Program-made: the position numbers and the translations under genes
The notes under the pieces: model-generated
Database searches by the model: none
Told to the model about the DNA's origin: nothing
The model's input: the letters and a program-made list of their open reading frames with translations, nothing else
Shown here: positions 1 through 13,885 of the stretch, piece after piece
How positions within the stretch are numbered: the stretch's first letter is position 1
Layout: every line of letters begins with the position of its first letter
Assembly (NCBI GenBank): GCA_951406725.2
Contig: OX597819.1
Coordinates: forward strand, 87,482,001 to 87,546,000
Length of the DNA stretch: 64,000 bases
Reading direction: 5' to 3'
Source of the DNA: Octopus vulgaris
Lineage: Eukaryota

Positions 1-427
1 GATGCTTTTTGAGGACATTGCAAGTGAAGTTGTCTGATTCAACCGTTTCTTGTTCTGGTGTACTGGGCAGCTTTAAGCTTACAACAGATTCCTTTTCATC
101 TGCAGTCAGCTCACTGGCTTTTTGATTTTGTATTTTTACCACAGACTTCTCAAACAAAGGGAATTGGATGATTTATGTGTTGGCACCGAGATATTTCTGC
201 ATGGAGGGGTATAACTGGATCGTTTTGTCGAAGAGGCATTGAACGTCAGCCAGGGTGATATCTTCTCACTGAAGAGCTGATGTGACTGAGTTAAGCTTTT
301 TTAGATGTGAGTGGAGTTGAGATAGCTGTGGACTTTCTCTGGCAGTTGGAATAAAGTCCATTAGTTGGTGATTGTCTGCAACCATTTTGGCAGTGCTGGA
401 CCATCTCGTGTCATTCTTTGTAACAGG
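1..427 (-). pseudogene. Decayed hAT-superfamily transposase fragment (runs off window start)
   Basis: Manual minus-strand translation: PVTKNDTRWSSTAKM...LKKLNSVTSALQ*EDITLADVQCLFDKTIQLYPSMQKYLGANT*IIQFPLFEKSVVKIQNQKASELTADEKESV. hAT-type TRWSS motif at 395-409; in-frame stops at 266-268 and 173-175. Confidence 0.75.
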
Positions 428-2183
428 TCAAAGAGTTGGAAGGGTCAACTTCAGTGAAGAATAACTTGACAATCTTTTGGGAATCCATGGACACGGTTGT
501 GATCAGCACGGGTAAATACGTTGTGCTGTTTGTGGTGCTATGGGTTATGATGAGCTATCTGGTGTTGGCAGAGAGGATTGCAGATGAGGTAAATGGAAGT
601 GAAGATTGCAGGGGCTGGTGGAAGAGCCACGGGGGCATGCGTGGGCAAAAAGCATGTGGGGCAGTTCGATGAGAGCCAGGAGCGTGCAAGGATGTGCTTT
701 TTTCTTGACAGTGATCGCTCATCCTGCCTAGATCCACAGGTAAGGTCTCTGTATTTCTTTCTCCCTTTTGACCAATTAATTTTTGACAACCCCTGGGTTT
801 TTCAATATTTGCCAATCTCTTTCCATTAACGAACATGTTTTTTTCTTTCAAATAACTTAAAGAGTTTGTCACAGTTAAGGTAATAATTTACAGTCCATTG
901 ATTATGGAGCAAGATATATCTCTGCCTTTGAATTCAAATTAGTCATTACTACATTTAAACAGACTGGTTGGTATGTATCATACTACTTTCAAACATTAAG
1001 TTGCAAACAACTGGTTGGCCAGAAAATTTTAAAATTTATTCTTTTTATCATTATCATCATGAATGCTGAAATTTGTTTTTTTAAATGGCTTGGGCACAAG
1101 AAAACTGGCAGCACCCAAGGATCATTCAAAGGATTCCATGACTGGTGAGAAAAGCAAGAGAAAAGCATCCTCAAACAGATAATCTAGAGTAAATGTTTAC
1201 AACAGAGTCATAGGCGACAAATACGGGTTCTGCAATTTCTTGCTGAACAACCTGTGTAGATAATACTTGTAAATAGTGATCAAGTGTTTGTGCAGCACAT
1301 TGGCTCTACCTCCATCAAACTGACACTGCCTGTATAGGTACATGGTGTGCCACACATCAGATGTTGAAGTGACCACAGAGCAACATGAACTGAAGTGTTT
1401 TGCTCCAAAACACAACATACAAACCAGTCTAAGAATATCAAAACCTGTGATTTCTTGATTGTGAATGCAACATCCTAAACACTGGGCCACATGCCCTCAC
1501 TGCATCAGAGCAGATATACTCCAATAAAACCACAGAAAGACCAGGTGGTGCTGCTAAACCAGGTAACTGATAAAGTCTAGTACCCTCAAAACAGGAACAG
1601 TCCCTCCAAAGGACTTCCATTTAGTTTTCATCTACCAAATTCAACCCACGAGGCATTGGGTCAATCTAAGGCTAAAGAGTAGAAGGTACTTGTTCAAGGG
1701 TTTAACTAGTGGGATCAGATCTAAAAGCATTTAGTTGTAAATGAAGCAAACTTCTTAACTCCCTAACTGCATCCATGGGTATTCCAGCTGTAATCATCCT
1801 ATTTTTTGCCGTTCTCTTTATGGAAAATTTTAGGTTGTGATATAAAGGGGATTTGACTGCTATTTCATGCAGTATGGGCAACCATATATATATATGCTCA
1901 CTCATCAACTCATCAAGTGTGTTGTGAGAAGGGAATTTTAACATTTTAGGCATGTGTTGAATTTGTTCTTTTAAATGAAAACTCCTGTGCAAAATACTAG
2001 AATACCTGTACAAGTCAGTCAGTTTGATTTTTCATGTATGAAATGTCTTTTTTCTTTTTTTTTTGCCATTTGTTGCAGTTGTCACATCAAATGAACAGTA
2101 AATATAAAAATGACAAATTGGGTCTGTAATCCAATTCTTAAGTTCTTAAGTTTTTAAATTTGTGCCATTTTGAAATAGTACAA

Positions 2184-2340
2184 TGGTTGGCGTTAGGAAG
2201 GGCATCCAGCTGTAGAAACTCTGCCAAATCAGGATTCGAGCCTGGTGCAGCCATTGGGTTCGCCAGCCCTCAGTCAAAATCGTCCAACCTATGCTAGCAT
2301 GGAAAGTGGACGTTAAACGATGATGATGATGATGATGATG
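2184..2340 (+). mobile_element. 5'-truncated retroposon 3' end with (GAT)n tail
   Basis: ggttggcgttaggaagggcatccagc...ggacgttaaacgatgatgat; related decayed tails at ~4030-4190 and ~44400-44510. Confidence 0.65.
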
Positions 2341-3184
2341 AAAATATCAAATATCTCAGAATCATTAATATGAAATTTATTTTCATTCTATATTTTAAGC
2401 CTTATTGCTCAAAAAGGAGATTTTTATGAATATATGCAATTAGTGTGAATGTTATATATATATATATATATATAAATTATTTGTATGAATGACAATGTTT
2501 CTACCAATTAATTTTCATCAAATGGCAAGTAGACAGAAAGCTAGAAGTGAATTCTTAGAATGTGTCTGTATATGTGTGTATCTATCATCATGTGTTTTTG
2601 TTTTTTTTTTACAATGTGCTTGTGTCTGATCTACCATCATTATAATTTTTACTTATTTTTCCACATTCATATGGGTTGGACAGATTCTTCTCTAGCACAG
2701 CATCATAACTTGTGGTCTCTTGTCATTGCCTTCACGAAGTCCTGAGCCCTGCTTATTAGCACTTCCCATATCCTCCTAGTTCTTTTTCTTCTGAAAGTTC
2801 CATCCACTTAGATCACCAGGCATTTCTTTAACTAACTGTCATTCCGCAAACTCAAACCATATCATACCAAACACAGTCTCTATTCTTGAGCATTGCATCT
2901 GATACCGCCTAATTTTTTTCTTAGTCCATTTGTGATTTATCATTTGCCATCATTTTTATGTTCACTACATCAAGTGCCCAAGAAAGCATGTTTACTTTTA
3001 TGTATGTATGTATATACACACATACTCTTGTTTAAATGTGTATATGTATGTATATTTGTGTGTGTAACCTACTTCTTTTCTTTTTCTTATATCTATGTAA
3101 GCAAGTTTTAAAACCGGTAATAGTGAATAAATATTTTGTTTCTGTTCTCAGTCCATCGAATTACTTGTACCATTAAACATTTAC

Positions 3185-3193
3185 CTGGACAAA
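3185..3193 (-). CDS. Candidate 9-nt microexon (TTTGTCCAG; FVQ if phase 0) of the PH-domain gene
   Basis: Minus strand reads catgcttgttgttttccttag|TTTGTCCAG|gtaaat: pyrimidine-rich acceptor, CAG|GTAAAT donor, length divisible by 3. Confidence 0.35.
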
Positions 3194-4451
3194 CTAAGGA
3201 AAACAACAAGCATGAACAGATGGTCCCTCCATAATTAAAACAGCTGTACGAAAGTTTTTAAAACACTTAGCAGTGCAGCAAAAGAGATCAATAGAATAAG
3301 TACCAGGCTTAACAAAAAATAAGTACTGGGTTCAATTCATTCGATTAAAAAAATTGTTCGAGGCTGTGCCCCAGCATGGCCACAGTCTGATGGCTGAAAC
3401 AAATTAAAGATAAAAGATAAAAAGTTAACTCATCAAAATCTCAAAGCTACAAGATAATGCAGGATTAATTCAAACCAATGTGAATAAAAGCATCACTTTT
3501 GATAGAATCATGTGAATGCTAAAGGTTAAAATAGCTGCCATATATGCATGCTTCTGAGACAAGCATGATTGCATGGTTAAAAGTTTACTTCTAAACCAGC
3601 TGGTTTTGAGTTCAGTCTCATTCTGTGGCACCTAGGAAAAAGGTCTTTGACTGACTACAGAACCAAGCCAACTGAAGCTTTGTTAGTGAATTTGGTAAAT
3701 GGAAACTGAAAGAAGCCCAGCACAGGCATGGTTGTATGGTTAAAAAGTTCATTTCTGAACCACCTGGTTCCAAGTTCAATCCCATTCTGTGACACCTAGG
3801 GAAAATGTCTGACTGACTATAGCCGCTGGCCAACCAAAACTTTGTGAGAGGATCTGGTAGATGGAAACTGAAAGAAACCCATCGTGTGTGTGTGTGTTTG
3901 CTCCCTTGTCTTAACATTGGAAGAGAGATTTTTATGTGTAGCTATCATACAAGTGGTGACATTCATTTCTGATCCTCTGTGAAAACAAATGCAGACATGG
4001 GGGAATATTACCTTGCTTGAAAATAAGTGAGGGCTAGTGACAAGAAGGGCATCTGACCATAGGAAATCTACTTTGCTGGATTTTGCTTGACCAATGCAAA
4101 CATGAAATAGAAAATCTGCTTCATTGGATTTTACTTGACCCATACAAGCATGAATAAAACTGACATGAAACTACTGATGATGATGATGATGTGGTTTTAA
4201 TGACCTTATATGTAGTAGAATATTTATTCCAATAAAAGTATTGGAATTGATATTTTAAGATTGCTAGCAGAAATATGCAAATTCAGATCCAAAAGATATG
4301 CAACTAAATCAAAACAACTGAAGGTGTGTGTGTGTGTGCATGTGCATGCATGCAAATGGAATGCCAAGCAAGAGATAACTAGATATTTTAAAATAAATAG
4401 ATGGACAGTTATATAAATAATGAAAGAGCAAGATAACTTTTGTAGCCATAC

Positions 4452-4497
4452 CTCTTTAGATAGAATGAACAGCCTTTAAATACAATCCAAGAAACAT
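4452..4497 (-). CDS. Candidate 46-nt exon
   Basis: tttctgtaccgttgttctcag|ATGTTTC...AAAGAG|gtatgg. Open as xVSWIVFKGCSFYLK in phase 1; has a stop in phase 0. Confidence 0.25.
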
Positions 4498-5406
4498 CTG
4501 AGAACAACGGTACAGAAATAAGTATGTTTGATAGAACAGTTAATGTAGGCAGTGAGACTTTGAAATGCACACTATAGGCCTTCGTATATCATCATCATTG
4601 TTATCACTGCTTGTTCTTGTTTATCTTAGAAGCAAGGATTTAGTTGAACAGCAAAGGGCAAACAAATGAATAGCTTCAGCTACCAACACACAAAACATGA
4701 CATATTTAATATGTATGTATGTATGTGTGTACATACTCACACACAGACAGATATGGACCATACGCACACTTCACTTGCATATGCAATTGACTATTTACTC
4801 TAAACAAACCTGCTACAACAATGGCAGTTATCTGCCTTCAACAGATGATCTTTAATACAAACCTATTTATGTCTGATTCACAGCATTGTTAACACAAAAC
4901 CATAATTGTCAGCTTCATCGGACAGTCAGAGGGGATTTTTATGAAAATTCAACAATTGGTTGAGAAAGTGAAATGTTTAAGTAAGCAGATATGTATTTGC
5001 AGCTCCTTAACAAAAAAAAAAGTGTCTCTCTGATAAATAAATATCTCTCAATGTCAATAATAACACAGACATACATGTACATATCTTTTATCTTTTACCT
5101 GTTTCAGTCATTAGACTGCAGCCATGCTGGGGCACTGCCTTGAAGGTTTTAGTTGAACAAATCAATCCCAGAACTTTTTTTTTCTTTCTAAGCCTGGTAC
5201 TTATTTTATCAGTTACCTTTTACTGAACTGCCAAGTTACAGGATATAAACAAGCCAACAACACTTGTCAAATGTTGGTTGAGATCAGACTCAAATATAAA
5301 GACACACATGCATATAAATGTGTGTGTGTGTGTGCTCACACAAACATATATGACACATACACTCATACATAAATACAGATGCATATATACACACGCACAC
5401 ACACAC

Positions 5407-5440
<34 letters not shown>

Positions 5441-7895
5441 GTACGCACATACACATATATGCACACAACACATATACACACATATATTGGCTGGGATTTT
5501 CAACTGATTATACCTACTCTGTCAGCAGAGTGTTTATTGTACCATCAAAAGTAGAGAATATCTTGCAAGATATACAAACCAATTCTACTCTCTGAAACCT
5601 TAATTTGCTGTCATTGATTTTTGAGACAAAATTGCCTTCATGGGGACCATTCAAGTTGCACCAACTCAGTGGTTTTGGATAGCACTAATTAAATTTCTTT
5701 GATGTTTTCAACTTCCTAGAGAATTCTAAAGTAGTTTGGATTGAATAATAAACATGTACAATGAAATTTATGAATCCTGAAATTCATATATTTTTGGCAC
5801 ACGTTTCCCAGTGAGCATAATCAGGATAATGAAATAAATGGTTAATGTCCTTTTTAGTACTCCATGTATTATGTATGATCTTATTCACTTGTTGAGTGGT
5901 TTCATGAATAAAGGACATTGGATTACAAAGGAATATATCTGCAACTATTTTTGTAGCTAGTGTCAGCAATATGGCCCTTAAGTGCCTATATTAAAGTCTG
6001 GGAGAATCTCTTAGTCTTGCCAAGGACAGGACAACCTTTCCTGATACCATGATGAAATGTACCAAGTACACTCTGATATTTGGTTGGTATCAAGAAGAAC
6101 ATCCAACCTTAGAACATAGGCATACAAGACAGACATGGTCCTCTAATCTATCTAGGAGAGCAGTAACTGACCTTAAATTAACTCCAGGTCATGCCAGCAT
6201 AGAGAGTCAATCTAATAAAATTATAGTATGTGTGTTCAAATTATTGTACATGTATTTTTTAAATAATTTAGAATTTAGAAGGTGGAACATAGAAGGGTCT
6301 TACATAAAATTATGATGGACGGTCTGAATTTTAATATCCCTCATCTTTTACTTGTTTCAGTCATTTGACTGTGGCCATGCTGGGGCACAACCTTGAAGGG
6401 ATCAAATGAGCAAATAGATTCCAGTGTTTATAATTTTAGTCTGGTATTTATTCTATTACTCTCTTTGTTGAATCACCAAGTTACAGGCATATAAACAAAC
6501 CAATACCAGTTGTCAAACAAACACAAAGATAAAGAGACTCATCTGATGGGCTTCCACACAGTTTCCATGTACCAAATTTACTCTCAAGGCACTGATCAGT
6601 CTAGGGATCTAGTAGATGATACTTGCTCAAAGTGTTGTGTAATGAGACTGAACCTAAAGCCACATGGTAGCAAAGTCAGTGTCTTAACTGCAGCCTATAG
6701 AAAACTTTAAAGTTAAGTGGGGTTTTTTTTTATTATGAAACTAGAGGATAATTTGAGTATCAAAAGGTCTAGATACCAGCACAGCTGAAGGACTATGTAT
6801 TCAAAATAATCTACTGGCAAAGATATAAGGGGAAAAAGTAATAATGAAAATTAGCATTTAAATAAATGTTGTAATCTGTGGAGAAGTTGATAACAATATG
6901 TAAACAGTAACACTTTTAGATACCTTTGGGAAAAGATTTGATAAGTGAAGCAAGGAGATTTCATTGAAACTGATTTATAGTAATATTAATTTCCAGCAAA
7001 GAGACACAAAGTTACAAATTTGGGGAAAAGAGTACAGTTAATTAAATTGCCTGATTGGTATTTTATTTTATCCCTGGAAGGATTAAAAGCAAAGTTAATC
7101 CTGGTGGAATCTGAACTCAAAACACAGGAAGGAAAATAACTAAATATCATAAATCACTTTATCTATACTAATGATCCAGCCAGTCCACTGTATTCAGGTC
7201 TCTACTAGTAAACATTCACAAAACAAACTGCTTTGTGATGGGAATGAGAAAGGAGTAAGAGAATTGAAGTGACAGTGGGTGTTGTCTGGGATGATCTGTA
7301 AGGAGAGCAGGCACTCCTCAAATGCTAAAATTTTATCTACTTAAGGCTGTAACATAATATGTTTCTGGAAGGCTGGATGGGGCAGTGGGGGAGTGGGGTA
7401 TGAAATTGGGACCACCACACAGCTGGCCTGAAGTTTCTTATCAAAGAAGAATGTGAAATAATATATCAAACTGCAGGTCGCTAAGATAAATGACAAACAA
7501 GCCTTGTAGTTAGGGATCAAAGCTTTCAAAGGTCTCAACACTTCATGCTATGGTAGAATACAATTAGTGCTAAAGGACACCAACAGTCATTATTCACCAT
7601 TTGCACATTGATAAATGGAGTTATATTAGCTTCAGAGAAACTTCTCACCTGAATTAAATTTATTAATGAACTGACATTCTAGAAAGTACAGTTTCTCTAT
7701 GAGTGAAAAAATGAGTGAAAATAAAAGACAAAATGAAAAATAGCAATTGCTTGATAAGAATCTTCATGGCACTGGAAGCTAAAGTGATTGATAATTGGTG
7801 CAATCATACCTGTTTTTCAGTTATGAAATTATAAAATTAAGTAATCCATTTAACAAATGATTTTCTTCTTTCCAAGTAATTCAGCAACAACTTAC

Positions 7896-7928
7896 CTGTT
7901 TACTAAGAGTGTATTTCTTTCTGTAGAC
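7896..7928 (-). CDS. Candidate 33-nt exon (VYRKKYTLSKQ) of the PH-domain gene
   Basis: tgtttaacag|GTCTAC...AAACAG|gtaagt; phase 0-0 and open in frame with the phase-0 end of the large exon at 12436. Confidence 0.45.
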
Positions 7929-8754
7929 CTGTTAAACATTGCTACAAAGCTACAACAACATATCCAATTGGAATTTCAGAGTTATCTTTCTTGCCTTCGA
8001 CAAAAATTATCATTACCTTTTAATTTTTAGTTGTTTCAGTCACTGGATTGTGGCTATGCTGGGGCAGCATCTTCAAGGGGATTAATTAAACAAATTGTAC
8101 TTATCTAATTTAAATCATCATCATCATCACAATGTTCTGGTTAAGGTATCTAATACTTATTTATTCTAAATGTGATACTTATATATTTCAAATTTTGCTT
8201 TAGTGTGGTACTTATTTATTATAAATCTGGTACTTATTCTATCACTTTCTTTTGCCAAACTGCTAAGTTATAAAGACATACACAAACACACACACATCAC
8301 ATGAATGATCAGGCTATGTTATTACATATCACTGATCACAATGCGCTTTTGCATTGTTTTAGCCATCAAATGATACCACCCCGCTGGCTAAGCAAGCAGA
8401 CCAGCATTCCCTCTTGATTGAAAGAGAAACTGGAGCAAAATGAAATGAAGTATTTTACTCAAGAACACATTGCATTGCCTAGTCAGAGAATCTAACCCAT
8501 GATCTAGTGATTATGAGTGGAATAGTCTAACCACTAGGTCATGCACCTTCACACACACACACACATATTATGGGTTTCTTTCAGCTTCTCTCTACCAAAT
8601 CCATTCATAAGGCTTTGGTCAGCCCAAGGCTATAGTAGAAGATACTTGCCAAAGGTGCAATGCAATGGACTGAACCTGGAGCCATGTGGTTGGGAAGCAA
8701 GCTTCTTACCACACAGCCACAGTTTTGGGAGGTTCTGTGACATATCCATAATAA

Positions 8755-9240
8755 TAATAATCCTTCCTACTATATGCATAAGGCCTGAAATTTTGTAGGA
8801 CTGGGATGGTTAATTACATCACCCCAGTACTTAGCTGGTACTTACTTCATCAACCATGAGTGAATGAAAGGCAAAGTCAACTTCAGCAGAATTTAAACTC
8901 AGAATGTAATGCCAAAATGAAGAATTGCTATTGCTTGATAAGAATCTTCATGGCATTCTAACAAATCTTCGAGCTTGCTTTCTCAAGCCACAATTAATAA
9001 TCTTTTCTATCATAGGTACAAGACCAGAACTTTTTGCGTAGAGAGGGGTTAGTCAATTACATCAACTCCTGTGCTTGACTGGTACTTATTTTATCAACCC
9101 CAAGAGGATGAAAGGCAAAGTCAATCACTGTGAAATTTAAACTCAGAATATAAGCACGGACGAAATGCCGCTAAGCATTTTGCCTGGTGTGCTAACGATT
9201 CTGCCAGCTCACCACCAAATTTAATAATAAAATTAATAAT
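8755..9240 (-). mobile_element. Tandem pair of tRNA-derived SINEs (family B)
   Basis: Two head-to-tail reverse copies of the ...gagttcaaattccgccgaggtcgactttgcctttcatcc...aagtaccag body, with CpG decay. Confidence 0.75.
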
Positions 9241-9408
9241 GAAAGTAACAAAATTGTGCTCGTTATTTTTAACTATTAAATCTCAAACTCTCTTGGTTAG
9301 ACCAAGATGTTTAAAAATTCTTAGCCCATAAACTGTATTATGCTTTCTAAAGTTAACATTAAGTTACAGTGTTTATGAATAGTCTCTTTTCCTTTATCTA
9401 CGGACCCT

Positions 9409-9639
9409 TTAACCCTTTCAATACCAACCCACCTGAAACCACCTTTGGCTCTGTAGTACAAATGTCTTGTTACCAAAAGTTCTGAATTAAAATCTTCCAC
9501 CAAACCTTAGTCACAATTAATGTTCCTTACACTAGGTGAATGATAACTAAGTTATTTTATTAAATTTTTTTGTTATATTTAAAATTTATTGAAAGAAACA
9601 CAGAGCATCTCAACAGAAATAGGGTAACAAAAGGATTAA
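9409..9639. mobile_element. piggyBac-like MITE with TTAA ends
   Basis: TTAA-CCCTTTCAATACC ... GGTAACAAAAGGA-TTAA: imperfect TIRs bounded by TTAA. Confidence 0.55.
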
Positions 9640-12435
9640 GTCCTGAGTACTGTCACTGGACAACTAGGATAGTGACATTTAACTTACTGTTCAAAATCCT
9701 GTCACAAGTACATAAAAGTATTTTTTAGTAAAATATTTCATCTTTCTTGCTTCCAATTATTATTCATATGACATGACCTTAGAGAGGTCATTCAGTTTTC
9801 TTTTTTCTTAATACTTAATTCTTAAGATTTAGCAAACATACACCAACATTGAATGGACATAAGCTCTTGTTATACACACTTTCAGTAAGCTTCTCAGCAC
9901 AATAGGCTTGCCTCGTGTATTGAAAAAAAAAAACACCACACCAAATTCAAGACTAACAATAAATTTGTTTACTGAAATGTGATAAAATAGAATAGTGCTT
10001 TAAACCTATTCACAATCATTACACGTCATAACAGGAGTGAAAAAAATGACATTAACATATGCTAAGAAATATAACAATATGGTTTCTTAGTCAAAGCAAA
10101 TCCTTCAGGATTTAAAAAGGTCAAATTATTATGCACAGCAATACTTAGGAGCAAACTAATATTTGATTTTCCATTCCTAAAGTCAACAGAGAATGGGTCA
10201 ATACGTAAGTTCTCAAATACAATATGAATAAAAAATAATAAATAAATAAATGATTATTTCACCAGTCAATCCTGTTTTGTTTTTGATTTTTTTTTTTAGT
10301 CGTTTATTTTATTTTACTTTTTTTTTATATTCACGTCTCAGAATCAGAAATTACTCAATGGAAATATTTGTTTACTTGATAGTTCTTAATAGTGAAGAAT
10401 ATATTTTTGCAAGACATTGCTAGTTCTAAAGAGAGTAACGATAAACATTAAGATACTGGTTAAACAAGTAAAAGTTCAACCCTCATGAGGAAATTAAAGG
10501 TTTCTATTCTAAATATAAAACTGAATGTGGTACACAATAAATAAAGACAAGAACGAATATTATAATAATGTCTTTGTAACTGAGACACAATGTTCTACTT
10601 TGATTCAGGTAAAACAATGTATTAGAAATGGGAAAAATCTAATTAATCTGGCCCTAGTGTATCACCAGCATTTTTTTAATCAACTCCCAGTGGAAAGCAA
10701 AGTAAAGTTGAGCACCACAAGTCTTGAACTTAGGACCACGTAACAGCCATAACTCACATATGAGTATGACTTGGTAACATGTACCATATTTTGTTAAGTA
10801 CTTTTAGACAGCCATGTCGTCATGAGCAGACACCAACACCTTCTCCGGAACTCTTTGCAGATGAATAGACTATAGCAATGTGAAGTCTCTTGCTCAAGGA
10901 CATGGCATATTGCCCAATTCATGAATGGAAGCCACAACCTTATGATCAAGAGCTGAACACATTAACCAGTAGGTTAAAATCATTTATTAGTAATGAATCA
11001 GACACAATAAAGCCATAAGTCTAGCTAGAAGTCATTTACATTAGTTTCATATTTGTTACTAATTAAATATATGAAGTACAATGTAAGACTTGTAGTTCCA
11101 TGTTGAAAACATCATAAAAATAAGATATTTCCTACTATACCAGAGACATAAAATCCTTAAGGTTTCAAGTGAAATTATTATGCTCACATAAATTAATTAG
11201 TCTATTAATTGAGCACCATAAAGTGTAGAGAGGTTTTTTTTGTTTTGTCTATTTATTCCTGAAAATTGAAACCAATAATATATCATGAAACAGATATAGA
11301 TATCCCAAAAATTTTAATAGAAAAGCATAAACAAGCAAAAATAGATTTTAAAAAACTGACAAAATTAATGATAAATAAGTTGGTGTTTGATTCAACGTCT
11401 TTACATCAGAAAAAGTAAATTTAGTATCAACTTAAGTCTAAAGGTACTCATAAGTATTTTAAAGAACTAAGGTAGGTCAACACCTGTTAACATCTTTCTC
11501 TCATCATCTGATTTTATTTATTTATTTTTTAATTTTTTTCATTTTCCCTTCTCAGCATACAAAGGTTCATTCTCCACTTACATATGCTTTACTGAACACA
11601 AATCATAGCACACCTGTTAGGTACTCTGAACTCATATACATTTTGCATGTGGTGCAATGTCAGAAAATGTAAAGTGATGATAGTAGTAATGCTGTTGATG
11701 ATGACGATGATGAAATAACAACCTAATGAATTTGTACTGTAAAGCTACCTCACAAAAGAGTGAGAGAGTGGGGTAGAGTAGAAGGAATCTCTAAATTGAT
11801 TTCTACAAACTTGTCCCCTTTTTTGCATGCTCTTTAGTTTTCTAGTGTGTTTTAGCCACCATAACTAAGGCCATGCTAGGGCACTACCTTCCATATAATA
11901 TGGAAAAGGAAAAGAAAGAGACCTTAACAGGTGCAAATAATATGATTAAAGGTACCTTTACAGAGAATGCAAAAACCAACATAGGGAACCTTTTAGATGT
12001 AAGAAGATTCTTTAGAAATAGAGGAAAAAAATTATAAGAAAATTTTTTTTTTAAAAAAGCAAGACATTATCAGCATTCTAGTGTTGAATGAATACACCCT
12101 ATTGTTAAATGCTGTTATCACTGTGAAGTGTATTTCTAGAAGTTCCCTCAATTTTTTTGTTTTGTTTTGGTCCCATTATGGGTGGATGTACAAGAAGCAA
12201 ATAGACTCTTAAATTAATTCATATTGCAATGGTATATTTTGCTAATTAACAGAATTCTGATAAATGTGCTCCTTCAGCTTCTTTTCATTAAAAAAAAAAA
12301 AAAATCACCGGAAGAAAAAAAATTGAAAATTTAATTGATATATCATTAGAACCAAGAAAGTATTAACAAACATCATTTTGCTGAAACACCGGAACCTGAA
12401 AAAGAGATTACGAAAGTGAAAATTCAATAACTTAC

Positions 12436-13587
12436 CATTTGGGAATCAGTATTCCAGTTGTTATTGTTTCTTTCAAGAATGGTTTTGCTGAAGTTATCTT
12501 CAAATGAGAAAGTATCACTTTCAGGCAACTTTAAAGCAACTTCCTGAGCCAAGACTCGAAGTGATGGTGGGGTGTAAGATTCACCAATTCCATTTTGAGA
12601 ACCAACTGAACTTTGGTTATCATAATCATCTGAAGCAGTTGTATAACCATGATCCTTTTCATCATTAAAGGATGATATTGAATGGTAATCAGATTTCTCT
12701 GGTGATGCTGGAATATCTGAGAGTTCAGTTGAAGGAGTTACTGAGATATGTACATCAGAACAGGAGAAATGTGAACACAATGAGCAAACATTATTACCAC
12801 AGCATGGAATCCTCTGTGGATCTGAAGTCTTTAAAGCAGAAACTTTCTCTTTGGTCAATGCGTTAATCCAACAGACTTGGTCACTTGATGAAGAAGCATT
12901 CAACAAAATAAATTTGTTTTGTGAGCTTATTTCAATGAGGAATGTTTTCTGAGAATCTGTACGACCATTGAGTGAAAGAGAAGAATATTTAAACTGTGAA
13001 TCAGCAAGATGTAAAAAGAACTGAATTTTTTCATTCTGCTTATTTGATTTGAAGCAATAAAAGTTCCCTTCAGCTACTACACACCACATTTTATTCCATT
13101 TGTGATACAGTTTACACTGGAGATGATTTGCCAGGTGAATATTCTGAATATCTGATAATGTTATTTCCATATCAGAGCTCTCCTTATCCAATTTCTTCCA
13201 ACTAAAAACCCTACGCAAACTGAATCTTATTGGCTTTTTTGTTTTGTTATTTAAATTAATTTTAGTTGCTTTTTCTGGTGAACACTCAGTTGAATCAGAA
13301 AAAGAAGATAATAAAGAAGCTGACTGAGTCAAGGTAGATTTTGGCTTCAGGTCATTACCATCAAAACCTTCATAAATATTAGGTAGTCCAGTACTATGTC
13401 TAAATGCATTTTTTGTTAAATGATTTTCATCAAAGGAAGGAATATAGTAACAAGAATTACTTGAGTCAATCAAAGATGGTCTCAATGAATACTGAATAGT
13501 GAATAAATCATTGCTCGACATGGACCGCTTTTCTCCTGTCAGAAAAGAATCAGACACCCATGAATTTCTTGATGTATTTGAATCCAT
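12436..13587 (-). CDS. Large coding exon of a Ser-rich pleckstrin-homology (PH) domain protein
   Basis: Frame open from 13761 to 12436 (>440 codons); first in-frame ATG at 13587 (MDSNTSRNSW). PH domain at ~13143-12847 (HLQCKLYHKWNKMWCVVAEGNFYCFKS...ILLNASSSSDQVCWINAL). Ends at ATG|GTAAGT donor (12435). Strong acceptor tttttattttt-cag| gives exon start 14069. Confidence 0.85.
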
Positions 13588-13885
13588 ATGTTCTTTTTTA
13601 ATTGCTGCAACCCATTCATTCAAATGATTGCTATTCTTGGTACAAAAGACGTGTTTTCTTCCCAGCCTTTCAATAGCAAATTGGTAGCTAATCGATTCTG
13701 TGTTGTTGTTTTTCTCAAAAGAAATAGTGTTTGGATATACAAGTGGTTTTACGAGACAGTCCTATAAATTTATTGAATTGATTAATTCTTGGCAGTTTTT
13801 ATTCTTGTAACAAAAAAAGTAAACCATAAGTTAGAATACACCAAGCTTCATTTTCTATCTCTTCCACATAAAGCCATCCTTTCAT
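13588..13885 (-). pseudogene. Disrupted N-terminal PH domain in the same exon
   Basis: MKGWLYVEEIENEAWCILTYGLLF/frameshift in 7-A run 13812-13818/CYKNKNCQELINSINL*DCLVKPLV...YQFAIERLGRKHVFCTKNSNHLNEWVAAIKKE; TAG at 13762-13764. Confidence 0.7.

Noticed and set aside
12436-13885. Naming the gene as AFAP1-like or CNK/IPCEF1-like
   Set aside because: The tandem-PH layout is suggestive, but similarity cannot be established by eye.
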